DNA of 64,000 bases. Origin: a virus (lineage: Duplodnaviria; Caudoviricetes). Location of the stretch: positions 1 through 64,000 of IMG/VR virus record IMGVR_UViG_3300020047_005985. One strand, written 5' to 3'. The notes below the pieces were generated by a model that was not told the DNA's origin, ran no database searches, and saw only the letters and a program-made list of their open reading frames with translations. The position numbers and the translations under genes were made by a program. The first letter of the stretch is position 1, and each line of letters opens with the position of its first letter. This document shows, piece after piece, positions 29,193 through 39,424 of this stretch.

Positions 29193-31105
29193 TAGAACAA
29201 AGTTGTTTTATTACTTTCTAATTCAAATATAAGCTTATTGATTTGAGATAAGTAAAATCTCATATCTAAATTATATTCTTTTAAAGGTTTTTTTGTATGA
29301 TTGTTATAAATTTCTACTCCCCAACCTTTTAACATATTATCAGGTTTAGATTTGGTATTTTTGAGTTTATACAGGTAAGGTGCATTTCTAGCTACAAAAA
29401 ATCTATTTAATCTTTGCTGCTTAATTCCATTATGAAGAACAGTATAATCTCTACTAACTTTAAAGCTGGCACAAAAATCATAAATATGTAAACCAAACTG
29501 TTCAGGGTTCTTTAATACTTCTTCAGGTCTAAATCCATGTACAAAATACTGCTCTAAAAGTTTAGGAAAAACTAAGAAATTAACTGAACTACCTAATTCT
29601 GGATTAGTTACAAATTCTCCTTTCTTTTTAAGACCTCCTGATTTAGTAACAGCCAAATAACTATTTACATTTTGGTATATAATTTTTTGATACTCTTCTT
29701 GTTCAAACTGAACATTAAACTGTTGCTCAACTTCTCTAACTAAACTTAGGTAAAGATTATACTGATCTCTCCTCATTTTAGTTTCTAAGCCATCTGTATT
29801 TAAACTTATCACATGAATATTGTTTAAAATACACTTTTCAGCTAAAGTTAAAAGTATAAGTTGACCACCACATCTAACTTTCATTATACCTGTAGGATTA
29901 TAGAGCCAAGAATATTCCATATCTAATAATCCACTTACTCCATTTAAAATCAATTTAGCAAATTGATCTTCTTGTTGAAAATTAATCCATTCTGGAGAAC
30001 CTTTCTCAGTAGATTTTAAACCAGGTTTGGTTTTTGTAGTTCTAAGTGTTTTAAATCCTACATAACTATCCAGCACTTCAGGAAATCTAAAAGCTTTCCA
30101 ATTCTCAATATTAGTTGGATACATTGATGCAATATCGTCAGTTACTATCATCCATTCATCATCAGATTCAAATATTTGATTCTCTTGAATAGTATGAATA
30201 CCTCCAACACCTATTGATATTTTAATAGGATGTTCTTGAGTACCAGATATAAATTGAGTATTAAATGTATCTATAGCATTACACCAATCGAAATATGCTT
30301 TTTGAAATTCTGGTAATGTAAATTGAATATTTAGGTCTTCAAACAATTCTCTAAATCTAATTATAGGTTTTGAGAATCTTAAATCTCTGGTTTCCTTAAG
30401 ATTAGATCCGGTTTCTTTAGAATAAAACTTTAATAGAATTTCAGATGCTATTTTAGGAGTATCTAAAGACCATGCTGGAAGATTATAATCTTTTGTAATT
30501 TGACCTCTTAATTGAATAGTGCCTAAATTACCAATACTTATTTTAGACTTTCCTTCAAAAGCTTCCGTTAAAAGATTTAAAATACCTAAATCATGTTGTA
30601 GATTATAATGTTCTAAAACTTCAATTTCATCTGGTAATAGATAATGATCTGGTGGAAAAGGTAACTCTTGAACTACTGGGTATCCTAACTGAATACCTAA
30701 ACCTTTTAAGCTAATCTTTTTAGATTGTCTTAAACCTTGACTCCAATATAAAAATAAATCAATATTAGTAAATTTCCATTTCCAATATTTTTCTATTTTA
30801 AATCTCGAATAATCTTCAGAGTTAATAACTACATCTGAAAAAGATTTCAAATAAGCACAAACAGACTTAAAGCTTTCATTTATCCACCAATTGTTTCTTT
30901 GACCATAAGCCAATACTGGATTATCGTAATGAATACCGTTAAATGAAATCCAAAAGCCATCATACTCTTTTAAAAACTTTTGTAATTCTTTACGATCATC
31001 TCTAAACTCTGAAATTACGAAACTAAATCTTTCTTTGGTTTCGTAATTCCAGCAACCAAGCATAAAGAAATTAGGATAAACTTCTATGTCTATTAATATC
31101 TTCAT
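29192..31105 (-). CDS. Family B DNA polymerase (crAss-like)
   Basis: DIEVY and FNGIHYD exonuclease motifs; DDIASMYP, KLILNGVSG, NTDG polymerase motifs. Confidence 0.92.
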   Translation of the reverse strand: MKILIDIEVYPNFFMLGCWNYETKERFSFVISEFRDDRKELQKFLKEYDGFWISFNGIHYDNPVLAYGQRNNWWINESFKSVCAYLKSFSDVVINSEDYSRFKIEKYWKWKFTNIDLFLYWSQGLRQSKKISLKGLGIQLGYPVVQELPFPPDHYLLPDEIEVLEHYNLQHDLGILNLLTEAFEGKSKISIGNLGTIQLRGQITKDYNLPAWSLDTPKIASEILLKFYSKETGSNLKETRDLRFSKPIIRFRELFEDLNIQFTLPEFQKAYFDWCNAIDTFNTQFISGTQEHPIKISIGVGGIHTIQENQIFESDDEWMIVTDDIASMYPTNIENWKAFRFPEVLDSYVGFKTLRTTKTKPGLKSTEKGSPEWINFQQEDQFAKLILNGVSGLLDMEYSWLYNPTGIMKVRCGGQLILLTLAEKCILNNIHVISLNTDGLETKMRRDQYNLYLSLVREVEQQFNVQFEQEEYQKIIYQNVNSYLAVTKSGGLKKKGEFVTNPELGSSVNFLVFPKLLEQYFVHGFRPEEVLKNPEQFGLHIYDFCASFKVSRDYTVLHNGIKQQRLNRFFVARNAPYLYKLKNTKSKPDNMLKGWGVEIYNNHTKKPLKEYNLDMRFYLSQINKLIFELESNKTTLF

Positions 31106-32722
31106 GAAATCCTCTATTCAATTCTAGTAATTCTTCTATTGTAATTTCTGTTTCGTCAATAAATTTTACTTCTATTTCACCGAATCTTTCTTGATATTCT
31201 TTTACTCTTTCAGGTACATTAAAATATAAATCTCCTGGAGCAAAACCACCATGAGAACACCAGTGTTGAGCTAATCCTTCACCTGTATCCAAATTTAGAA
31301 GACTATAAATTGTATCACCTGAATCACTTTTTGGAATAATTATTAAAGTGGTTTTATTTTCCATCTTGAAATTTTTGTTTAAAATTATATCTGGTTACTT
31401 TCCATAAAACAGATAAAACTTTTTCAGGTTGTGACATAATACGTTGTGTAAGTATGTTTAAAGCATAATAATCTCTTTCGTAGAAAGTGTCTTCTTTTAA
31501 AAAATTTCTTACTTCTAATTCTAAAGATTTATACTCATATTTTTTTTCAGCTTTTTCAGCTTCTTCCAAAGAATCCCAAAATTTTCCTTTTGAATCTTTG
31601 AAACCACAGGCTTCTTGTATCATTTTCTAAATTTTTAATTAAATTATTTAAAAACTTTATTCTTTCTTCACGACCATACTCATTTAATGGCCACCAATAA
31701 GCGGAATGAGTATTTTTTGGTCTTTGCTCAACAAACCAGTCTTTAAATATTATAATATCATCAATTGATAAACTTCTTGCATAGACAATATAATAACACA
31801 ATCCCTCATTATATATTCCTTCGGAATATTCTTCTAAAAGTGTTTTTAATATTTCAATTTTTCTCTCCGTTGTCATAATAAATAATATACATTGCTTGTT
31901 GACGAATACCAAATTGTCTAGTTAAAACATTTGGAATATAATTTCTAAAATTTAAACATCTTTCTGCCATTTTAGCAGCATCAAAAGATCTTTCTCTTCC
32001 TCGAATTTCTCCGTTTTCATCAGCTAATTCTAAAATAACTTGAGATAATTCTTCCAGTGTTTCACACTGATTTACTCTATCATAAATTTGCAATCTCTTC
32101 ATGTTCAGGTAGTTTAATGTTTAAAATAGAACCGGAATCAACGTAATTATAACCACCAACATCGTAAAAAATATTAGCATTTTCAGCAGCTATTTCTAAA
32201 CATTTTTTAGCATACAACTCTGCATACTCTTTCATTATTAGAATTAACTCATCCTTACGAATAATTGTTTTATTTGTATATTCATCAAACTCTAGCTCAT
32301 TTTTCTGAATAATTTCTTCAATTGTTTTCATACATTTCTAACATTTCTGCGATTTTATGAACAAAGTATGATGCCCATCTGTATCCATGCTCTTCTTCAT
32401 CATATCCCAATGCTTTCAAATTAAGGATAAACTTATATCCATCATAAGGATCAAATTTAATCTGATTTACAAGTTCAACTGCATCCCAATGTTTTTCATC
32501 TGATGTAAATTCAAGAATTTTTTCAATCTCATCATCAGATAAATCAAAATATGAATCTTTTGACCATTCTTTAATCTCATTAAAAACAACAAACGGATCG
32601 TTTAAAAACACTAATCCTATTGCACCTTCTTTCCATTCAGGATGATCCTGTGTACTTATTTGTATGGAAATGTCGCCGATATTTCCAATTACTATTGATT
32701 TTGTTTCACATTGTAAACACAT
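31071..32722 (-). other. Run of six small hypothetical CDSs (31071-31364, 31354-31623, 31556-31912, 31854-32102, 32080-32331, 32318-32722)
   Basis: Tightly overlapping co-oriented ORFs, no recognisable motifs. Confidence 0.55.
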
Positions 32723-32725
32723 AAA

Positions 32726-35050
32726 TTATATATTTTTAATTATTTCTGCAACTGAAGAACAGTAAACAAAGTTTACATTCATTTCTTCAGTCATTGATTG
32801 AAACCACTTTTCTTCTTGAGTTCCTAACGTTACAAATACAATTACTGTTCCTACGGCTTTATCTGTCCTGAGCCTCTTTTTATAATACGATGTTTTAAAT
32901 CAGATGTCAACCTGAATCGTATTCTTACTTTTCAGTAAGGATTGGACTATATCTTTATTTGATTCATATGCCCAGTGATATCCGAATGAAATTCTTGGAT
33001 ATTTAGGTCTTTGTTTATGTTTTGAAACAGGATCTTTACAAATCTTAATAATTCCCCTTCTATAGAAACCCAATTCATTTTCTATAAGTTGTGCGTGATC
33101 CCAAATCTTGATAATTTCTCCATCAGTGGCAATTTGATAAATTTTCTTTTGGATAGATTTAGTATATGAATTAGAATATTTAATATTATACGTATCAAAA
33201 CCATCTATTTCGTATCTCCATACAGATCCCCCGACTGTCTTTCTACCTCTTCGTCCTCTGCAACAACTAGAAATGTGAGAATTAGATAAACCTAGCTCCT
33301 GTTCAATATTTGCAACACAGTCCCATAATTTAATAAATGTCCCGTCTTTAGCAAACTGTTTAATTTTAGAACCTAGTTGACCATCTCCGCCATTTGTAGA
33401 ATTTTTTAAATTTAATCCTTCGGATTTATATTTAGCAATATAATAAATCTCTTTTCTTTTTACTTCTTCAATTGTTTCAGCATGGTCAATAGGAGCAATT
33501 AATACTTGATCTTTGTTTATAATAACTTTATTAATCCAATTAATAACAGGCCAATTGAGTTTACCATATTGACTTTTTGCTTTATTGATATGTCTTTTCA
33601 ATCGAAGATTTAGAGAAGTTCCTGTGTAACCAATATACACTGGTGTTTGTGTTAAATCACTTTTACTGTAAAGTTTGTAGATTATATACATATTATTGTA
33701 TTTTGTGAAACACAAAGATACAATATATTGTATTCAATCTTTTTTAGTTTTTAATTTTTAAGAAAAATATGTTACCACCTTTTCCTTTTTGGTAAAATAA
33801 TATAAAATCAAATATCTACTGTTTCGGGAAATTTGACAGATTTCCCTACTCCCCTACAAAGGGGATAGTCTCTACACACGCCTGGATATTAATCCTGCTT
33901 GGCTCGGTATTCCCATATCATAATTATGACTTAGGGTTCACCGAATTAAATAGATATAGGCAAGCTTTTCACCTATCATTTGACTCCAATCCTTAACTTT
34001 AGAATAATATGCAAATAATACAATATTATCTAAATGAGGAATATTTTCACCTTGCTTAAGGATCTTATTACTACAAGTAAGTTTAGTCAAACCTTTTTTA
34101 AAATTATCCAAATCTTTAATGTAATTCTTATTTTGAGATACAATAGAAGTCTTGCATAATTCTAATAAAGTTTTACTATCTTGACCAAATACTAATGTCT
34201 TTCCTGGAAGTTCTAATAAAAGTCTTTTGGCAAATTTAATCTTACTTGGAAGTGAATATAGAAATCTAGCTCTACGAGTAGCAGTTTGTATTATTCTAAA
34301 CTCTTTAGCTTTTTTAGCTTGAGGAGTTTTAGTAGGTAAAAACATTACTTCTCTAAAATCTTTTTCAAGTTTAGCGTAACTTGCTAACTCAGTAGTATGA
34401 AAATCATATTCTTTAGTTTTAATGTGAATATTCTTTTCTAAAGCTTCTAGTTTATGCTGATACACAATAAACTTAATATCTCTGGTTGTTTTATTCTCAA
34501 TGCTTTCTTGTAAAGAATAAGTATAAACAACTGGACAGAATGTTTGCAAAAGATCAAACTTAGTTATCTCCTGTTCTTGTATCTCATAAATAGTTTTCCT
34601 ATCTATCGTAGCCGATAATCCCATTCTAGGAATTAGATTTTCATCTAATTTAGAGTTTTGAATAAATTTGAAATATTCAGTAGATAGACAATCATGGATC
34701 TCATCAAAAATAATAATGGTATTTTCTTGAGTAGTATTTGAAAAGTAATCCCAAATAGAATATTTATAAGCTGCTTGATAACAAGCAAACTTAAAGTGAT
34801 AATTTTCTAATGGGTTAATTCCATAAAACTCTTTATATTTCCTAGCGTCTTCTAATACAGTAGCTTCTCTAACCGTAGTTTCAGCTAGGAATAAAACATT
34901 ACTGCCTTTAGGCATAGTTAATATTGCTTTAAAAGCAGTAAATGTTTTACCCATACCTGTAGCAAGTTCTATTGTACCCATCTTCTCATTATCTAGCCAA
35001 ACTTGCATGGCTTCATTCTGCACCTGCTCTTTCTTTAAATTCTTCTCCAC
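32726..35050 (-). CDS. SF2 (DExH) helicase split by a group I intron; exons 35050-33971 and 32875-32726, about 409 aa spliced
   Basis: ATGMGKT, DEIH, LSAT; the splice GGT|AGG restores motif VI QMIGRLR, followed by VFVTLGTQEEKWF. Confidence 0.9.
32900..33691 (-). CDS. Intron-encoded GIY-YIG homing endonuclease with NUMOD1-like repeats
   Basis: IIYKLY..VYIGYT..RLKRH, NSTNGGDG, two IKQF/IYQI..DG..IK.W repeats; likely start ATG 33691. Confidence 0.88.
   Translation of the reverse strand: MYIIYKLYSKSDLTQTPVYIGYTGTSLNLRLKRHINKAKSQYGKLNWPVINWINKVIINKDQVLIAPIDHAETIEEVKRKEIYYIAKYKSEGLNLKNSTNGGDGQLGSKIKQFAKDGTFIKLWDCVANIEQELGLSNSHISSCCRGRRGRKTVGGSVWRYEIDGFDTYNIKYSNSYTKSIQKKIYQIATDGEIIKIWDHAQLIENELGFYRRGIIKICKDPVSKHKQRPKYPRISFGYHWAYESNKDIVQSLLKSKNTIQVDI
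33713..33720 (-). promoter_or_regulatory. Bacteroidota-type -7 promoter box for the intron HEG
   Basis: TATCTTTG (TAnnTTTG) about 20 nt upstream of the HEG ATG, with TTG further upstream. Confidence 0.55.
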
Positions 35051-35271
35051 TGTATTAAATGTTGGAACTGTACTAAAATATCCATTAGGTCAATATGTCC
35101 TAAATTATCAGAACATAAACCTAATAAATGTAATATAAAATCTACCATATCATCTCAATAAAAGTTTTAATAATCATTATCATAATTAGCCATGCTATAA
35201 AATTAAATATGAATACTGGAAACCAAATAAAACCTATTGTTGCTAATATGCTTACTGTAATAATTATTTTT

Positions 35272-37011
35272 TTACGCATGGATTTTAATTTTTTGATGAA
35301 AATATATCATACTCGTAATAGGAGTACTTGTTAAATAACAAAAACAAGGCATTTTATTTAATGCTGCAAACTCTAAAATATCCGCAGATGTTCTACCAGC
35401 TACCCAAAATAAATCATTAAAAGAAGAAGTTATATTCGAATCTTTAAACTTTAATTTAGGTTTATACTTTTTCTTCGACATATGTAGGTATAAATCCAAA
35501 AATAACAGCATTATTTTCAGGTGTATCTAATACAATGGGCTTGCTGTCTAAATCTTGTTCAAATCTTATATCTGTAGATTGTAAATCTCTTAAATATAAT
35601 TGAACAGATCTATCACTAACTATTCCATATTCAGATATCAGCACTGGTGTATCTCCTTTTGCTTCTAAACTGTCTTCTAAAACTTGAAGATTAGTTATCA
35701 ATTCTCTTAAATTCATCTTCTGTTAAAGGTTCTAATTCATGATATTCATAAATTTCTTTTACAATTTCCTTTCCCTTATCAGAAATTCCATTTTCATTCC
35801 AATTTTCAGAATCATCGTGTAAAAGTTGAACTTTTCTAAGAAAAGAAATATTCATCTCTTTCATCCAATCTGGAAATTGTTCAAAAAGATCTGGTGTATT
35901 TAATTTTACAAATGATACAGCTAACCCTTTTGTATCTTTTTCATCAAGTTCTAAAGCTAAATCTTTATTTAAAAATCTACCAATTGCGCAACCTGGACTA
36001 TTTTCAGTTGGTGCATATAAGCACTCATTTGTTCCCGAATGTACACTCCGGTTTTCAGAAGTATAAAATTGTACTGTTGATACTAAAAATTCTCTTTGTG
36101 TCATAACCAATTTTTAAAATTATTTTCTGTAAAAGTTAAGGGAGTTTCGATAACTTCCCATTTAGTTCTAATAACATCTTCTTTATCAATCCTATACAAT
36201 GGATCATTAACCCAATAAGAAGGTTCTAATATACCATTTTTATAAGTATTTTTAACAATAAAACTACCTCTCTTTTTACTCCAATGCAAGTCATTCCAAT
36301 TATATCCTTTTTGAAAGCACAATTCTTACTCATAAGTTAGAAATTGTAATTATAATTAACAATGCAATAGCTCCATAAAAACCATAATAACCTAGTTTTT
36401 CTAAATCATTCATTTTATAGCCATTTGAGGTTTAATAGGACGTGTATGATAATACTGAATAAATTCAATGTTAGAACAATACGGATACTCAGTAATAATC
36501 TTTCTAGGAATAAACTGAAAGAATGAGTTTTCTGTCCAAATCATCACTAAAGATTGTTTTTTAATCTTAGCAATTATAGGGATTTCAAACATAACAGAGT
36601 CAATTTCAAATACAATAATATTACTGGTAAGACCGATACCCATAATATAATTATGATTTACAAGTTCTAAAGTATCTGAACTTTTAGATACAATAGTATT
36701 TCCTGCAAAAATCATATCTTGTGCTTGAACAGTAAACGAAATAATTGTAAATAAAATAATAAATAAATTTTTCATATTTCTTGAATTTGTACAGGTACTA
36801 CCTGTGGTTTTGTAGCTAACAAACTATCAGCTATTAATTGAGCATGTCCAGCCGTTTTATATAAACGAGCTTCGTTAATATTAGTAGTGTAATTACCAGA
36901 ACCAGACCAATAATTAGCTAATCCATCAAAATATTTAATTACAAATAACTCGCTAAATGTAACTTTTACTTCAGGTAAATTAACTTGTTCTTTTTTTGTT
37001 TGTGTTGTCAT
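35272..37011 (-). other. Run of small hypothetical CDSs (35272-35511, 35462-35716, 35691-36110, 36101-36322, 36410-36775 with signal peptide, 36772-37011)
   Basis: Co-oriented overlapping ORFs. Confidence 0.5.
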
Positions 37012-37150
37012 AATAATTTGTAAATTAAATAAAATAATCCTATTGGAGACAATCCAATTATAAATTCAAATATTGTGTTAAATATTAGTGGTTTTGTCCA
37101 AACAATAATACAAAATAACACAACCCAAATAGAATAGAATATCCAAAACA

Positions 37151-37660
37151 TTATCGAAACCAATGTTTAGTTTGTGAATAAATTTTATGTTTTCCTACCC
37201 ATTTACCATGACGAGTATTTCTATCTGAAATACCAGCCCAATAGTAAATTCTTTGATCTGCCATTCTAACACCAGCTATAATCAAATTAGCCATTTTTAG
37301 ATTTTCAGTACAAAGTGTGTCCATAGTATCAAACTTCCACTGTTGTGGAGAATACTTCCATAAACCTGTAAACTGTTTAGGAGCTAAAAGTTGCTCTTTT
37401 ACAGTTTCTCCATTGTTATTAAAATTATCCAATAGTCTGTTATGAAAAGCTTCCATAACTAACCATCGTTCATTCCTGCTTAAATTAAAACATTCATGAT
37501 ATGCAATAGCCGCCATTACTTCATTTAATGGATAATATTCTATAGAATCCTTGTTTAAAGTATAACTATAATCTTGTTTTATTATTTCTTTTTCTTTATT
37601 TATAATAGAATTGGTTGGAATCAGAAGACTCCAAATTATCATTACTCTTATATACATCAT
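37151..37660 (-). CDS. Cell wall hydrolase (SleB/Hydrolase_2-like) with N-terminal signal
   Basis: AAIAYHEC..LVMEAFHNR..QLLAPKQFTG..YYW..HWF. Confidence 0.7.
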   Translation of the reverse strand: MMYIRVMIIWSLLIPTNSIINKEKEIIKQDYSYTLNKDSIEYYPLNEVMAAIAYHECFNLSRNERWLVMEAFHNRLLDNFNNNGETVKEQLLAPKQFTGLWKYSPQQWKFDTMDTLCTENLKMANLIIAGVRMADQRIYYWAGISDRNTRHGKWVGKHKIYSQTKHWFR

Positions 37661-38231
37661 TTTGTAATTTAATGAACAATTCTGGAAATTGTTTTTTCCA
37701 GGTAGAAAACTCTCTTAATGCTAACAGATTAGGCGTTGTTTTCATTATCAATTTATATCTAATGCCAATTTTATAGTTATTGGATAAACTGGTGTCTGAA
37801 TCCAACATTCTTAACTTAGCAACTTCATTTATATGCTTTTGTTGTGCTAATTCTAAATGGAAATTCTTTCTATCTCTAATAGATTCTCCTGTTTGAATAT
37901 AGTACTCCCAACAAGAATAATGATCTAGTAAAGAAGTTACTTCGTTATTATCATCAATGGTGTTAGGGCGATCTTTTTCTAAAGTAGAATCTTCTTCTTC
38001 CCCATAAAGATAAACTGGTATTTTAGCAAGTTCTCTTAATCCGGTATTCAAATTCAATGTTTCCCACATTTCATACTGAACTAAGTTTCTACCATCTTCT
38101 AATGGTTTTTTTAGTTTGAATATTCTAGTTCTATCATTAGCAACAAAATATCCAACAAAAGCCATTAGATAATATTTAATAGGTTTTTTTCTAGGAATTA
38201 CTGTTACTGTTTCTCCTTTTCTATATATCAT
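37596..38231 (-). CDS. Hypothetical protein
   Basis: 211-aa ORF. Confidence 0.55.
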   Translation of the reverse strand: MIYRKGETVTVIPRKKPIKYYLMAFVGYFVANDRTRIFKLKKPLEDGRNLVQYEMWETLNLNTGLRELAKIPVYLYGEEEDSTLEKDRPNTIDDNNEVTSLLDHYSCWEYYIQTGESIRDRKNFHLELAQQKHINEVAKLRMLDSDTSLSNNYKIGIRYKLIMKTTPNLLALREFSTWKKQFPELFIKLQNDVYKSNDNLESSDSNQFYYK

Positions 38232-38245
38232 AAGAAGGTTTAGAA

Positions 38246-38303
38246 AAAGGTGAACAATTTATCTAAAAGAACATTTTCATTCTTAGAGACAAATTGCTCA
38301 CCT
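38246..38303 (-). terminator. Long hairpin / putative terminator
   Basis: AAGGTGA.CAATTT..TCT...AGA.ACAAATTG.TCACCTT inverted repeat followed by a T-run on the minus strand. Confidence 0.5.
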
Positions 38304-38309
38304 TAAGGT

Positions 38310-38834
38310 TTATTTTTTAGTTGCTTTCTTTGGTTTAACAGCTTCACTTGTTTCTCCAAAGAATGTATTTTGTTTTTGTTGCCGTTCCCAAAGACTATCA
38401 GGAGTAGCTTCTGTAAGAACAGTGTGAAAAGCATGAATCTTTTCCTGCCACCATGCTACTACTTCTGGTTTTTCTGGATCACCTCTACGGCCAATTTCTC
38501 CAAAGATTGCGTAAGTCAATCCTACCAAAGCAGTATCTGATAAACTTTCAACAATCACGCTAAATTTTGGATTTGGCGGAATAGCAGATTTAATCTGACG
38601 AATTAAATCTGTAACTTCAGGATTTGATTTCCTAAAGTAATTTATTCCTGCTTGAGTTGGAATATAGTTTCCAGTTGAATCAGTAGTTACCAATTCTTTT
38701 GAGAGAAGTTCTTCTGCAATCCCTTTCATATCTCTACTCTCATCTGCTACCCAACTTGAAAAATCTTTGTTTGGGTGAGTATTGGACAATATATGGTATA
38801 AAGTCCACTGCGCTTTTAAACTAATTTTGCTCAT
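38310..38834 (-). CDS. Hypothetical protein, possible winged HTH
   Basis: ELLSKELV...YIPTQAGINY. Confidence 0.55.
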   Translation of the reverse strand: MSKISLKAQWTLYHILSNTHPNKDFSSWVADESRDMKGIAEELLSKELVTTDSTGNYIPTQAGINYFRKSNPEVTDLIRQIKSAIPPNPKFSVIVESLSDTALVGLTYAIFGEIGRRGDPEKPEVVAWWQEKIHAFHTVLTEATPDSLWERQQKQNTFFGETSEAVKPKKATKK

Positions 38835-38997
38835 ATATATTAATTATTTTTACAACTTAAATTGCAGTCTGCAACTGTTTTACAATTTCTTTTACACCCC
38901 CAACTAGAAGAATAAAAAATTGATATTGCAAGATGATGTTCTTGCTTAAAAAATGATAATCCTATAGGTTTTTTCATTATTGCAAATTTAAAAATTA

Positions 38998-39068
38998 GGT
39001 GACTAACAAGAATCGAACTTGCACTGTTGGAACCACAAACCAACGTTCTACCGTTAAACTATAGTCAC
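38998..39068 (-). tRNA. tRNA-His(GTG)
   Basis: GTGACTA/TAGTCAC acceptor, C discriminator, loop TT-GTG-GT, TTCGATT T-loop. Confidence 0.85.
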
Positions 39069-39070
39069 AG

Positions 39071-39144
39071 TGGAAGAAGTTAGATTCGAACTAACAACCA
39101 CAGAATGATGGAATCTGCTGCTCTACCAATTGGCATACACTCCC
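39071..39144 (-). pseudogene. Degenerate tRNA-like element (9-nt anticodon loop TTCCATCAT)
   Basis: TTGGTAGAGC D-region, GCAGA/TCTGT stem, GTTAG-TTCGAAT-CTAAC T-arm, weak acceptor stem. Confidence 0.55.
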
Positions 39145-39202
39145 AGTAGTTTCCTGCTACATATACCCTAGTAAACAGGAAACTTTTGTAATTACTCGCA
39201 TT

Positions 39203-39317
39203 CATCTGTTTTTATACTTAAATTCAATGCTCTACCACTGAGCTATACGTCCGTAGTTAAATAAGTAATAGAGGACGTAAGAAGAATTGAACTTCTGACC
39301 TTGAGTTAGAACAGATG
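39203..39317 (-). ncRNA. Circularly permuted tRNA-like RNA (T-arm, loop-closed acceptor stem, D-arm; ends paired in place of the anticodon arm)
   Basis: CATCTGTT..CTCAA-GGTC-AGAAG TTCAATT CTTCT-TACGTCC-[20 nt]-GGACGTA-TA-GCTC AGTGGTA GAGC-A-TTGAA..AACAGATG. Confidence 0.8.
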
Positions 39318-39424
39318 GCTTTCAAAGATGACTAAAACTAAAGCTTGACTCACAAAACTATCTACTAAAAGTAAATACCATCATTTTGTAAGACTAATGC
39401 TAAAGTTATAAAGAGTCAATATTC

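Larger units (their letters stand above)
32876..33970 (-). mobile_element. Group I intron (1095 nt) with GIY-YIG HEG
   Basis: P1 ATAGGT/GCCTAT; AATTCGGTGAA, AATACCGAGCC, GAGACTA, AAGATATAGTC; P9 CTTACT-GAAA-AGTAAG; terminal G. Confidence 0.92.

Noticed and set aside
38840-39043. 67-aa ORF
   Set aside because: Its start lies within tRNA-His; at most a shorter peptide from an internal ATG
39203-39317. Two-piece tmRNA or ordinary split tRNA
   Set aside because: Full D-stem, no G3-U70, no CCA, no evident tag ORF in the downstream piece, and no anticodon loop can be rebuilt cleanly; kept as a permuted tRNA-like RNA
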